In this document: in pieces, positions 1 to 9,612 of the stretch
Numbering within the stretch: the stretch's first letter is position 1
How the letters are laid out: every line of letters begins with the position of its first letter
Source: a virus
DNA length: 64,000 bases
IMG/VR virus record: IMGVR_UViG_3300035698_010610
Location: 26,315-90,314 of that record
Direction: 5' to 3' (one strand)
Made by a program: the position numbers and the translations under genes
The notes under the pieces: model-generated
Told to the model about the DNA's origin: nothing
Databases searched by the model: none
The model's input: only the letters and a program-made list of their open reading frames with translations

Positions 1-78
1 CTCCGAGCATGGATGGCGATGCGATCCGCCGCGACCGATGCATTCCGATAGATCGTGTCGAGAGACATGCGGCAACTC

Positions 79-324
79 CTACTGTCTGCCGGTGCGGCGG
101 GTACTCTCAGCAATGTCGGCTAGCCCGCGGTGCCTGATCCGCTCCAACTCCCCGGCGATCAATTCCGCTTCGTGGTTGGCGACACGGGCATCCGCCTCCA
201 GCATTTTGATCCTGGCCCGAAGGTCCGTGATCTCGTCTTGCTGGACCGCCACAGCTCTCGCAAGGCGAACCTCCTCGGCCGATCTCCGCGCTGCGTTCAT
301 CCAACGGCAAATCGCCGCCGTCAT
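79..324 (-). CDS. Hypothetical coiled-coil protein
   Basis: ORF MTAAICRW... with TGAGG RBS; heptad-like QQDEITDLRARIKMLE. Confidence 0.45.
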   Translation of the reverse strand: MTAAICRWMNAARRSAEEVRLARAVAVQQDEITDLRARIKMLEADARVANHEAELIAGELERIRHRGLADIAESTRRTGRQ

Positions 325-422
325 CCTCAACTGTAGTTGCCACATGGGGGCGTTGTAGCATGCAGGCCCGGCCGATACAAGATGAAGCATGGAGCGGGGG
401 CGAATTGCTTCCATCCAACCCG

Positions 423-431
423 TGGTATAAT
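423..431 (+). promoter_or_regulatory. Extended -10 promoter element (TGnTATAAT)
   Basis: TGGTATAAT in a divergent intergenic region upstream of the + strand block. Confidence 0.45.
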
Positions 432-520
432 TGCTTTCCAGATTGCGGCTCGACCACATCGACTACCTGGTTGTCGATGTGCCCCCTTTTTTGTCGCAAA
501 CGCCTCCACGGACTGGACTT

Positions 521-1054
521 ATGCCGCCTCGCGATGTCAAGCGAATCTTCTACCGCGCACTGGTCACGGAGCCCGAGCCGGCGAACGTCGACCTTGAATT
601 GACCGTGCTGGGCAAGGTCGCAGCAGAACCGGCCGTCGCCGCGTGGGCGGTCCCGTTCTTGAGCGTCGGGGACTTCACAGATCGGGAATGCCGCCGCCGG
701 TTTGCTGCCGTCAAACGGGAATGGAAGATGGAACCCACGAGAACCGCATCGGCCGACTCGTATGATGTTGTGATGCGGTTGCGGAGACTGACGGCCGAAC
801 GGACGGCACGTCAACTCGCATGGCGGTTCGTTCGGTCAGCACACAACATGTCGCCCGAGAAGTTCGCCGACTACGTTATCGAACGGCTCGGGCAATTCCG
901 CGAACGCCTTGGGGAATCGGGGCTGGGAGGATCGAATGGCCTACAGGTTGAACACGGGCAATCAGGCAAAGCTGCCGGAAGCACCACCGAACGCAAGGGG
1001 ACATCGGGCCCGCCACGAGCCGGGAAAGATGAACAGCCTGGAAAAGCGGTATAG
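521..1054 (+). CDS. Hypothetical protein, weak DnaB N-terminal-like similarity
   Basis: DLELTVLG...FLSVGDFTDRECRRRFAAV resembles the DnaB N-terminal helical domain; 3' end overlaps the next gene. Confidence 0.35.
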   Translation: MPPRDVKRIFYRALVTEPEPANVDLELTVLGKVAAEPAVAAWAVPFLSVGDFTDRECRRRFAAVKREWKMEPTRTASADSYDVVMRLRRLTAERTARQLAWRFVRSAHNMSPEKFADYVIERLGQFRERLGESGLGGSNGLQVEHGQSGKAAGSTTERKGTSGPPRAGKDEQPGKAV

Positions 1055-1322
1055 CGAAGAACTTGACTTGCGGTTGCTGGCTGGCGAGGTGTTATGGTGG
1101 CGGTTTGAACCGCTCAAGCTACGGCTCGCGAATGGTACGTTCTACACCGCCGACTTCCTGGTCATGCTGGCGGACCGAACGCTTGAGGTTGTTGAGGTCA
1201 AGGGCGGCCACTGGGAAGATGATGCACGGGTCAAATTCAAAGTCGCCGCAGAACAGTTCCCGATCTTCCGCTTCCGCGCCGTGCAATGGAAGGGGAAGGA
1301 ACGCACAGAGGAAGTCCGATGA
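936..1322 (+). CDS. DUF1064-like PD-(D/E)XK endonuclease
   Basis: SLEKRY...YTADFLV...VVEVKG...ARVKFKVAAEQFP; GGAGG RBS. Confidence 0.8.
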   Translation: MAYRLNTGNQAKLPEAPPNARGHRARHEPGKMNSLEKRYSEELDLRLLAGEVLWWRFEPLKLRLANGTFYTADFLVMLADRTLEVVEVKGGHWEDDARVKFKVAAEQFPIFRFRAVQWKGKERTEEVR

Positions 1323-1531
1323 GCTACACAGTCATTCCGGAGATGGCGTGTTTGCGGTGCAAAGGCCCCATCGTCGTGACTAAAAGCGGGCTCTGCTGCA
1401 CGCAATGCGACGCCCCGATAGAACTGCTTAGCCGTCGCGAATTGCAACGGCTCAAGAGGACGCACCCGGGCCGCGTTATGCGATACGGCGGTTGGCAACC
1501 ACAACCCAAACCGGAGGAACCAGAATGCTGA
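1319..1531 (+). CDS. Small Zn-ribbon protein
   Basis: CLRC...CTQC; ATGA overlap with the upstream gene. Confidence 0.5.
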   Translation: MSYTVIPEMACLRCKGPIVVTKSGLCCTQCDAPIELLSRRELQRLKRTHPGRVMRYGGWQPQPKPEEPEC

Positions 1532-1839
1532 AAGACTCTATCGACACGTTGATCGCCCAACTGCAACGACTGCGGGCTGAATTGGGCGATGCATTGCAGG
1601 CGCCGCCAGTCGTTGAGATAGAATGCGGGGCGATGCAGCAGGACGCTCCGGCGGCCGTGCAAGTCTCCCGTGCAGTGGACTTCGCCTACGCCGTCAAGCA
1701 CACGGGCAACCTGAATGTGCTTTTCAAGCAAGCCAAGGGTGCGTGCCGCGTTCTCGCGAGGGCGTATCAATCGGAAACGAAGACGACGGTGATTTGCAGG
1801 CACGCCGATCGCGTGCTACTTCAACGCCAGGGGGGATGA
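1525..1839 (+). CDS. Hypothetical protein
   Basis: GGAGG RBS, translationally coupled to neighbours. Confidence 0.55.
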   Translation: MLKDSIDTLIAQLQRLRAELGDALQAPPVVEIECGAMQQDAPAAVQVSRAVDFAYAVKHTGNLNVLFKQAKGACRVLARAYQSETKTTVICRHADRVLLQRQGG

Positions 1840-2477
1840 TTGTGCTGACAAAACTCCGTGACCGCATCATGCGTGCGGGAATGCGATGGCGACTATACCG
1901 CTGGATCACGCACCGCGTCGTTCCGAAGATCCGGCTTTCGTGGGGATACACCGGAATGAGCGAGGCCGCATTCTGGGACGGCGAATGGCATTGGCAACCC
2001 GGCGACATTATCCTGACGAGCGACCGGGCCAAACTGTCGACCAAGCTGATCCCCGGCACGTTCCCACATGCGATGCTTGCGGTCGGGAAAAAGCTCCCAG
2101 AACTCGGCGTCGGGCACGGCGGCTTCATCGCACAGATGACGAGCAAAGGCTATTCGGAAATCGGCTGGTACGAGACCTGCAAGGAGTCGGACCGCGTGCT
2201 GATCTGCCGGTGCCGCGACTGGGATTACAGGTACGTCACACGGGTCGTGGTGCCGACGTGCCGCAGCTTCGCCAACAAACAGTACGACCTGGCTTTCGAG
2301 TTGACCCGGCAATCGCTGTACTGTTCGGAGTTGATTTATCAAGCGGACCCGGAGCGGCGGCTGCAACTGAACATGACCGACGTCCTCGGGATGCCGATGG
2401 TCCTGGCTGACGATCTGCTGGCGGCCGAGAATGTCGATGTTGTTTGGGATTCGCAATGGGTAGACAAAACACCGTGA
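1836..2477 (+). CDS. YiiX/YebB-like permuted NlpC/P60 (C92) cysteine hydrolase
   Basis: QPGDIIL...FPHAML (His first) and YDLAF...LYCSELIYQA (Cys last), the permuted papain-like order. Confidence 0.8.
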   Translation: MIVLTKLRDRIMRAGMRWRLYRWITHRVVPKIRLSWGYTGMSEAAFWDGEWHWQPGDIILTSDRAKLSTKLIPGTFPHAMLAVGKKLPELGVGHGGFIAQMTSKGYSEIGWYETCKESDRVLICRCRDWDYRYVTRVVVPTCRSFANKQYDLAFELTRQSLYCSELIYQADPERRLQLNMTDVLGMPMVLADDLLAAENVDVVWDSQWVDKTP

Positions 2478-2595
2478 TGACCCGCGCCTTTACGTTGCTC
2501 GCCACCGTGCTGCTCATCGCGGTAATCTTGCTGGTGGCGTTTGCATGGAATGACGACGTGTGGTGGTAATAACCCATACAGACAGGAAGGCCGCA

Positions 2596-2982
2596 ATGGC
2601 ATACCACGGATTCAGTTCAGACGAGATTCACGGCAAGGTAATTGCAGACCTGCGAGAGTACCTCGAATGCAATGGTGTCAGTTGCGCCTGCCTCGACAGC
2701 GAGAAGACACGCCCACTGTGGGAAACGATCCGCATAGCCTGCGAGGCGGCAGCGTTTCAGACAAACTGCAAGCTGGCGGAATATTGGCGAACGTCGATCA
2801 AGGCGAACGCCGACCTCGGCATCTTGACGCTCTCGCAGGGCGACAAGATCAACAGCCTCCAGGGGGAAATCGAAACCCTGCGGCAGGCCAACGAGAAATT
2901 GACCTCCGATCTCGACAAAGCGGGCAAAGCCCGCGACGACGCCTACCGGCTGCTTGAACAGGGGAGATGCCGTGGCGACTGA
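2596..2982 (+). CDS. Hypothetical coiled-coil protein
   Basis: GGAAGG RBS; C-terminal heptads. Confidence 0.55.
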   Translation: MAYHGFSSDEIHGKVIADLREYLECNGVSCACLDSEKTRPLWETIRIACEAAAFQTNCKLAEYWRTSIKANADLGILTLSQGDKINSLQGEIETLRQANEKLTSDLDKAGKARDDAYRLLEQGRCRGD

Positions 2983-3086
2983 CCGGCGATGGGATTACTT
3001 GCGGACCTGCAATCGCTGCAATGCAACGTACGGGGCCTTGGAGCGGCGGTGCCCGAGTTGCAACGCCCAGGAATTCCGCCTGCCTG

Positions 3087-4760
3087 CTACAACTCCCATT
3101 CCGGACCGCGCGGTGACGGACGGGGCTTGTCGCCACCTTGCTCCCCGAAAATCCGTTTCACCAACGGTGACACTTCCTTCCCCTGACCCTCCTGACTGAC
3201 AGCTATCGGCGAATCCCCCATCACGATAGGCCGGTCGATCCGTGGCGGCGGCGGCTTGACCGGGGCGACCATCGCCCAGTTGGCCAGCACCACGGCGTCG
3301 GCCCGGTCCGGAGAACGGCCGATCATCTCTTCGAGCGTTTGCGCCTTGCTGTTCTTCGTCTTCTTTTTCGGCGGCAACCACAGCTTGCCCCGTTCGTCGT
3401 ACGCCAGCGGCAGCACGGTCAACTCGCCACGCAATTCGTACGAGTCCGGTGGAATGGCAAAGCATCGCGACCACGTTTCGTTGCCTTGCTCGTCGACCAC
3501 TTTCGTCCACCGTTGCGGGTTCATTGTCTCCCGCATGCGGCCGTACATCTCGCACCGGCGGTTCAGGTAAACCTTCGGCTCGCGGGCACCTTCACCGAAC
3601 CCGATTGCCCGGACGCGAAGCCCCTGGCGTTTCATCAGGTCGCTGTACTGCTTGCCCCCGGCCCCTCGGTCGAAGCAGACGTGTTTCGCTGGGATCTTGT
3701 ACCGCCGCATCTTGTCGCGGGTGATGTCCGGAATGACGGACGTGTCCCGCGTTGACATCGCCTCCACGTCCACGATGCCGAATCGGTCAATAACCGCCCA
3801 GCAGGTCAAGTCCCGCCCACCCTCCGCAACGTCAACGCCCATGAAGTACGGTCCGCGATCCAACCCGATCACGGTTTGCCACAACTCCTCGGCCGCGTCG
3901 AGCCAAGCAGGAGGGAACATCAGATACTCCCGCCCTTCGTAGAACTGGCCGTGCAGACGCATCGCCTTTTTGATCGGGTCGAGCGTCAGCTCGTAGTGCT
4001 TGTATCGCTCCCATGTCATCACCCCAGGAATCTCGCGCGGGGGTGAACCTGTGCGGCCTTGCTCTGCCCACCAGCGGCCAATCTTGACGTTCGGGCTATC
4101 ATCACCGCTGATATGCAAAACCTTGCGGGAGAACTGGCCCACGTTGTACGGATGCGGGACATCGCCAGCTTTGCAGTGCCGGTAATACCATCCGCTTGCC
4201 GACAACGGGTTGCTGACCGCAAGCAGCCTCTGCGCCTGTGACACGGCGGCGTCATAGTATTCATCAGGGACCGCTGACGCTTCGTCGAAAATAAACAGAA
4301 CACGGGGAAGGGCCTCAGTCGCCGGAAGGTGATGCCCCTGGAAATTCTCCACGGTGTTCGTGACCAGCCCGACGACGTAGTGTTCTTCGTACGGCCGGTT
4401 TCGCTCCGGGTCCATGACCTGCATCTTGAGCGTTTGCAGATGGACGCCGAGGTCGTACTTGGCGGACCGGACAAGCTGGCCGATCTCTGCCCAGAGAATG
4501 CCCGCCAGTTGCGTGTTGCTGGACGACGATGTGACGACCCGGGCTGGGAAGCGAGTGCAAAAGAACCATAGCACGATCAGGGCCGCCGCCCGGGTCTTGC
4601 CCGTTTCATGTGCAGCGTGGCAATATGTCTCCACGTTGTCGTGAACGGACTCAATGATCTCGGCCTGTTTGTCGTAGACCCGCATCGCCGGCCAGAAGTG
4701 CGAAATGAACGCGAGCGGGTCATCTACCCACCCTGCCAGCAGTTGGGCCTCATCCGGCAT
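3087..4760 (-). CDS. terL: Terminase large subunit
   Basis: Q-motif (YDKQAEII), Walker A HAAHETGKT, Walker B LFIFDEAS, motif III SNP, RNase H-like GVDVAEGGRD and C-terminal GRSPDRADA. Confidence 0.92.
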   Translation of the reverse strand: MPDEAQLLAGWVDDPLAFISHFWPAMRVYDKQAEIIESVHDNVETYCHAAHETGKTRAAALIVLWFFCTRFPARVVTSSSSNTQLAGILWAEIGQLVRSAKYDLGVHLQTLKMQVMDPERNRPYEEHYVVGLVTNTVENFQGHHLPATEALPRVLFIFDEASAVPDEYYDAAVSQAQRLLAVSNPLSASGWYYRHCKAGDVPHPYNVGQFSRKVLHISGDDSPNVKIGRWWAEQGRTGSPPREIPGVMTWERYKHYELTLDPIKKAMRLHGQFYEGREYLMFPPAWLDAAEELWQTVIGLDRGPYFMGVDVAEGGRDLTCWAVIDRFGIVDVEAMSTRDTSVIPDITRDKMRRYKIPAKHVCFDRGAGGKQYSDLMKRQGLRVRAIGFGEGAREPKVYLNRRCEMYGRMRETMNPQRWTKVVDEQGNETWSRCFAIPPDSYELRGELTVLPLAYDERGKLWLPPKKKTKNSKAQTLEEMIGRSPDRADAVVLANWAMVAPVKPPPPRIDRPIVMGDSPIAVSQEGQGKEVSPLVKRIFGEQGGDKPRPSPRGPEWEL

Positions 4761-5046
4761 GCTCGGCCTTCCATATTCCCGCCCGGCATCCCCAACACGG
4801 CCAGCCGGTCGGCGGCATCGTATTGCACAGGACGCCGCAGCGTGGGCACTTCTCGGTTTTCTCCAACTCAACGGACAGATCCCTGATCGGCGGCGCGTAC
4901 AGGGTAACAATTGTGTACTGCCCGTCGAGAACGGCTGCGATCATTTTCCGGGGCACGCCCAACGACGTCGCGATCTTCGCCCAGGGCATTCGGGTTGCTA
5001 CCTTGGACTTGATCGCCGCGACGATTTCAGGTGACAATTCCAGCAT
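4750..5046 (-). CDS. HTH plus Zn-ribbon protein
   Basis: PWAKIATSLGVPRKMIAAV (HTH) and CPRC...CWGC. Confidence 0.6.
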   Translation of the reverse strand: MLELSPEIVAAIKSKVATRMPWAKIATSLGVPRKMIAAVLDGQYTIVTLYAPPIRDLSVELEKTEKCPRCGVLCNTMPPTGWPCWGCRAGIWKAEHAG

Positions 5047-5064
5047 AGCGGCTTACTGCGATTA

Positions 5065-6036
5065 CTAGGGGTCTGTTGTAGGAGTGGCGTCTTCAAGTAT
5101 CTTCCGCATCACATCGGACTTCACTTCCGCTACTTGCCGAACCGTTACCTTCGTGCTGAATTTCCCTCGCCCATTCTCTATGGCCTTCCAGTCAATATCT
5201 TCGCGGCGCTTGAGCGGCGTGTCGAATTGCCGCCACTGGTTTTTCACGCAGTGCGCTGGGCGACCGTACCGCCGCTCTGTCGTGACAATCCCAGGCCACA
5301 TCCGCTCTAACGCCCTCGACATTTTCGCGCGGCCGTCGCCTTGATACAAGTCGTCCGTGTTCCCGCCTTTCAGCGACATCGTTTTGGCTTTCGTTGCCAT
5401 GAACGCATTCAGCAATACCGTACACCACCCGTCCGACAACACCTGCAAGCAAATGTCCGTGTCGTCGTTGTACGCCAACCGCCAGCGGTGCGGGATTTCG
5501 TTCAAGATCAGCGAGCAAGAATACACATGGACATTCAGGTAGAAGGGCGGGACGTTTATCCCTGGAACGCAGAACATCTCGTAGTTGAGGCCAGCGATTG
5601 CAACATTCTCATACCTGTCGACGAATTCTTCGCACGCCCGCAAAGCCAAAGACGGCTCGCATGGGATGCGGTTCTTCTTGTACCACATTCGGAACATGCG
5701 AATGTTGTCGTCCAATTGCCAGTGCCGCTTTTCGCCGCGGGCAAGCGACCGCTCTTTGATCCAGTTGCGGACAGCGATCAACCCGCCGTTTTCGATCTCG
5801 CGCTCTTCGCAAAACGCTTTGCGGGTTGCGTCGTTGCCAACCCACGGCAGCACAAGTAGCTCCCCGTAGTCAATATCGTCGACCCATTTCCGATAGAGTT
5901 CAACCTCCGGTTCTTCGACGACAATCACAAACGGCGTGCGGTATTTGCGCATCGTCTTGATCGTCAACGCACTCTTCGCCCGCCCCTTCGTTGGAACGTA
6001 GACCGGGTATCTTGTTGCGGGGGTGCTGCTAGCCAT
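5065..6036 (-). CDS. TET-associated (TAGT/GREB1-like) GT-A glycosyltransferase, putative DNA-base modifier
   Basis: YPVYVPTKGRA, HWQLDDNI, NVHVYSC, RW...YNDDTDICLQVL, TMSLKGGNT motifs typical of this phage family. Confidence 0.8.
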   Translation of the reverse strand: MASSTPATRYPVYVPTKGRAKSALTIKTMRKYRTPFVIVVEEPEVELYRKWVDDIDYGELLVLPWVGNDATRKAFCEEREIENGGLIAVRNWIKERSLARGEKRHWQLDDNIRMFRMWYKKNRIPCEPSLALRACEEFVDRYENVAIAGLNYEMFCVPGINVPPFYLNVHVYSCSLILNEIPHRWRLAYNDDTDICLQVLSDGWCTVLLNAFMATKAKTMSLKGGNTDDLYQGDGRAKMSRALERMWPGIVTTERRYGRPAHCVKNQWRQFDTPLKRREDIDWKAIENGRGKFSTKVTVRQVAEVKSDVMRKILEDATPTTDP

Positions 6037-6038
6037 TA

Positions 6039-6719
6039 CTACCCCTCCTCGATTACAAGCGAAGCGGGGTCGCGGCGATCCCTCGGCGGCCACCAGCACG
6101 ACATGATTTTCCCGAAGTTCTTCTGGACCTTGAGGCCCTTGGCCTTCGCGTAAGCATCACGGGCCTCCCTGGAGTCGAAGCTGATGAGAATTTGCGATTT
6201 CGATTTCTCCGCTGGATCGTAGTCGGGCATTCCCACCCATTCCGCTGCTTCATCGAAGCCCCCCACTTCGCTCGACGGGCGAGTGTTCATCACAAGGCCC
6301 GCAAGCATCTGCTCGTCAAACCCTGTGCCGAGCAACCCTATGTCGTCGACGTTCATAATTTCCTTCAGCAGGTCCGTCAATGCGCGGTCGTCAACCTCTG
6401 CCAACCGCCCGACCTCATTGTCGCCAGCAAGCAGCTTTAACGCCTTCGGGTCTTCTGGCCCAATTGCTAGCCGAACGGCATAGACTCCCTTCCATTCCAA
6501 CTTGGTAGCCGCCGCCACAACGCCGTGGCCCGCGAGGATTGTCCCGTCGTTCGCAATTGCCACGTTGCGGTACTGCCCGTGCTCTTGCAGGCTTGCCACT
6601 AGATGCTCAAGCTGGTCTTCAGGATGGCCCCTGTAGTTCTTGGGGTGGGGCTTTAGCTCTGTCAGCAAAACGAATTCCGGTTCAAACGGCCCGGCTGTTT
6701 CGGTGCCCATGCAACTCAT
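6039..6719 (-). CDS. ParB/Srx N-terminal domain protein with TAGT-associated C-terminal domain
   Basis: LKPHPKNYRGH...ILAGHGVV; C-terminal EWVGMPDY...ILISF...WWP. Confidence 0.8.
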   Translation of the reverse strand: MSCMGTETAGPFEPEFVLLTELKPHPKNYRGHPEDQLEHLVASLQEHGQYRNVAIANDGTILAGHGVVAAATKLEWKGVYAVRLAIGPEDPKALKLLAGDNEVGRLAEVDDRALTDLLKEIMNVDDIGLLGTGFDEQMLAGLVMNTRPSSEVGGFDEAAEWVGMPDYDPAEKSKSQILISFDSREARDAYAKAKGLKVQKNFGKIMSCWWPPRDRRDPASLVIEEG

Positions 6720-6850
6720 CCTTTGTAATTGCGTCGCTCGCAGGCCATCCGCTTTCGCGACTTATTCCTTTTGCGCCCGGCCTTGCGATGACCTTCCCGC
6801 TTCCGGCGACGCTTCATCAGCACGGCCCTTCAGGTGGGGTACATTCCATC

Positions 6851-7075
6851 TCACTCCTCCTCGGGGACCGGTCCGAACAAGCTGACAAGTCGGCCGAGAT
6901 ATTCGGCTCTCTCTATGTCCGCCGCCCCTTTGATTGCGCTGCCTTTCGGTCGCCGACTTGCCCACTGATTCACGAACGGAAGCAGGGCAGCCAAGGCGTC
7001 GCTCGGCGTGAGAAAGAACCGCTCGACGTGCGACCCATTGAACATCACGGACCACAGGTGCCGTTCTCTGTCCAT
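6851..7075 (-). CDS. Hypothetical protein
   Basis: Short ORF with GGGGAG RBS in a - strand operon. Confidence 0.45.
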   Translation of the reverse strand: MDRERHLWSVMFNGSHVERFFLTPSDALAALLPFVNQWASRRPKGSAIKGAADIERAEYLGRLVSLFGPVPEEE

Positions 7076-7076
7076 C

Positions 7077-7310
7077 TTACTCCCCCTCGACCGCTTCGAC
7101 GAACTCGCGCAGATTGACCGCTTCGCCGAGGTGCTTGGTTTCGACCACATCGGCCCAGCCGCCGGACCCGGTCGTCACTGCGTGCAAGGTCTTCGCCCAT
7201 TCAGCGATGGCGAGTTGCAATACGCCGATACCATCGCCGGGGACGACGAAAATGTTGGCGTGCGGCGACCCCTTGAAGATCACCGCCCATGCGTGGCTCT
7301 TGCCCATCAT
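7077..7310 (-). CDS. Hypothetical protein
   Basis: Coupled ORF in a - strand operon. Confidence 0.5.
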   Translation of the reverse strand: MMGKSHAWAVIFKGSPHANIFVVPGDGIGVLQLAIAEWAKTLHAVTTGSGGWADVVETKHLGEAVNLREFVEAVEGE

Positions 7311-7642
7311 TCAACTCCTAATGCCTTAAAAGCCCTAGTTGCCATCCAGCGGTAAACCGCCCGACGCAACCGCCACCTTGAACGCAACGGCACCCACGCA
7401 TCGATGGCACTGACGCGGAGGCGGACGCCAGGACGGAACGACCACCACCGCGTGTCGAGGCAAACAGTAATCTCGGCCTCGCCGATGTTGTCCTTCCGTT
7501 CCCGAAAAAGCGCGTTGTCGCCGCCGCCGCCAGTGTAGCCGCAGTCGCCGATCACCCGCCACTCCTCGCCTTTGGTTTCAAGCGAGTCGGCAACGTACTC
7601 CGCCAGCCACCACTGTTGATGCCGTGTCTTCAGAATTCCCAC
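7307..7642 (-). CDS. Hypothetical protein
   Basis: GTG start with GAGGTG RBS; coupled ORF. Confidence 0.5.
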   Translation of the reverse strand: MGILKTRHQQWWLAEYVADSLETKGEEWRVIGDCGYTGGGGDNALFRERKDNIGEAEITVCLDTRWWSFRPGVRLRVSAIDAWVPLRSRWRLRRAVYRWMATRAFKALGVE

Positions 7643-7658
7643 ACCAGCACCTCGCTTT

Positions 7659-7940
7659 TCACTGAGGGTCGGGGTTGCGGGCCGGCGGATCGTGCGGGCC
7701 GCCCGTAGGCTTCGGCGTTGTCTCGCGGCGGGTGTCCTGCGACACCAGCACTAACTGCTCGGAGTCGAAGGTCTGTGAATTGACCGGCTTGCCATCATGC
7801 ATAGCCGTCGGGGCCAACGTCAACCGGAAGCAGCCGTTGAGCCATTCCGTCACCGCGACCACCGTGCCCTCGAACCCGCTGATTCGATCCTTGCAAACGT
7901 CGCCGAGCGTCGCGTCACACCGTTTCCACTTAGTCGCCAT
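7659..7940 (-). CDS. Conserved phage protein
   Basis: LGD..KDRISGFEGTVVAVTEWLNGC pattern, recognised from phage hypothetical proteins. Confidence 0.7.
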   Translation of the reverse strand: MATKWKRCDATLGDVCKDRISGFEGTVVAVTEWLNGCFRLTLAPTAMHDGKPVNSQTFDSEQLVLVSQDTRRETTPKPTGGPHDPPARNPDPQ

Positions 7941-7942
7941 CG

Positions 7943-8458
7943 TTACTCCTCATCGTTCGAGTTCTTGCCTTGCGACGACTCCCAGCCGACGCCACGGACG
8001 AAACGATACCAATATTCCCCAGCACTATCAATCACCGGACGCCCGACGGCTTGAAACCCGCACGCCCGGAAGAACAGTTGCGCACCGAGCCACTGCTCGC
8101 AGACCAGAGCTGACAGGGGCTTCAGGGTATAATCCTGCATGGCGTTGAGGACCGTGCTGCCAATTCCGCGACCGTGACAGCCGGGGGCAACGCCGATCCG
8201 CCGAACCCGGGCGATCCGTTTGTACCGCCTGATAAATGCGTACGACGTGACGTGGTGCGTAAGCTCCGACCACCCGATGAAGACGAACACTCCCTTCATG
8301 CACGACAGGGCCTTGATCTGTTTCGCAGTCAACCGGTATTCGCCAAACAGCGTTTCGTCCATGTGGGCGATCTCAGGCAGCGCCCGCTGGAGTTCCTCAC
8401 CGCTGCCGATCTCGCCCGATACGTCAACGTCAGCCTTGCGTCGTCGTGCTGCTGCCAT
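7943..8458 (-). CDS. GNAT (RimI-like) acetyltransferase
   Basis: RIGVAPGCHGRGIGS acetyl-CoA motif A and AQLFFRACGF motif B. Confidence 0.8.
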   Translation of the reverse strand: MAAARRRKADVDVSGEIGSGEELQRALPEIAHMDETLFGEYRLTAKQIKALSCMKGVFVFIGWSELTHHVTSYAFIRRYKRIARVRRIGVAPGCHGRGIGSTVLNAMQDYTLKPLSALVCEQWLGAQLFFRACGFQAVGRPVIDSAGEYWYRFVRGVGWESSQGKNSNDEE

Positions 8459-8494
8459 GCGGGAACGGCGCGGGCGAGCCCCCTCTCGGTTGCA

Positions 8495-9145
8495 TCAAGC
8501 CGAGGGCTCGCCGTTGCCGCCTTCCTTTCCGTTGGAGCCGTTGGAACTGTTGGAGCCGCCGGAGCCGTTGGAGTCGGACTTCTCCCCGTTGCCTTCTCCG
8601 CTGCTTTCTCCGTTACTTTCGATGCCGTACTTCCCGGCGAGGTAGTCGTCGTCCACAACCGTCGTGCGGCGGCCTTCCTCAACCTGCCGGACGATCTGAG
8701 CGAGACCGACCGGCTGGCGACCACCCACCGCCACGTTGTTGCCGATCCCCACGTTGATCTGCGTGCCGCAATTGATCCCCGACAAGTGCTCGAACATCCG
8801 CATCAGGGCTCGACTAGCACCGTTGCGGGACCTGGCGTCGTAGCAGAAATCAATGATCGGCTTGTTCTCTGAATCGAATAGCAGGTCGCCGTGTTTGTCC
8901 CTGGCCTGCTGGCGGCGGCCGACAATTTCCATCAGGAACGTCGGCAGCTTGGTCATCACGTCCGGCGGTAGTTCCCACCCCTCAGAAACCGCTTTGGCGA
9001 TCATCTGGAGGTGCTGACGGCGGTGATGCTCGTCGATGCCGATGGGGTCGGGTGGTGCGGGGCCTTCCTCCGGGACGACACCCTGACCCTCTGAGCCAGG
9101 GAGCGAGTCGGACGGTTGTTTAGCCTCGTCGTCGGGAGATGGCAC
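8495..9145 (-). CDS. Hypothetical protein, possible terminase small subunit
   Basis: First gene of the operon ending in terL; helical core, TQINVG motif and G/S/N-rich tail. Confidence 0.4.
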   Translation of the reverse strand: MPSPDDEAKQPSDSLPGSEGQGVVPEEGPAPPDPIGIDEHHRRQHLQMIAKAVSEGWELPPDVMTKLPTFLMEIVGRRQQARDKHGDLLFDSENKPIIDFCYDARSRNGASRALMRMFEHLSGINCGTQINVGIGNNVAVGGRQPVGLAQIVRQVEEGRRTTVVDDDYLAGKYGIESNGESSGEGNGEKSDSNGSGGSNSSNGSNGKEGGNGEPSA

Positions 9146-9299
9146 GGCGATGCCTCCGGGCCGGTGGAACGCAGGCGATGCTGACCGCCTACTGCGGGCA
9201 CGGTATCACGGGGCCGGCGATGCGTCAAGCGAGGTCATCCCGCTACGGGGTGGCGTCGGTCCCGGTGTCGCGGTATCGTGTCCGAAAGGAGGGGCGGTA

Positions 9300-9599
9300 A
9301 TGGCGGGACGGAAATGTCGCAAGACGATGGCAGAAAAACACTCGCAAGGGCTAGCCGGGCACCCGCTGTTAGTGTTAGCGCGGGCGGTGCGTCGGGCCGG
9401 TGACGCGGACCGCGAAGCTAGCCTGCATGTGGAGTCTGAACCGACCGCAATGTCGATCCTGCGTGGGAGCATCGAAGAGGCTGCTTGTGCGTTGGACGAA
9501 CTGACAGCATTGCTCAATGCCGGAGTATACGATACGGTCCACAGTCACGGGCGAATGCCAGGCGATGATTACGCGGCGGCACGCCCACATAAATACTAG
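9300..9599 (+). CDS. Hypothetical protein
   Basis: AGGAGG RBS before ATG 9300. Confidence 0.45.
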   Translation: MAGRKCRKTMAEKHSQGLAGHPLLVLARAVRRAGDADREASLHVESEPTAMSILRGSIEEAACALDELTALLNAGVYDTVHSHGRMPGDDYAAARPHKY

Positions 9600-9612
9600 C
9601 CGAGGAGAAGCG

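Noticed and set aside
8495-8640. SNGS/NGE repeats at the end of 8495-9145
   Set aside because: Ordinary in-frame low-complexity protein tail.
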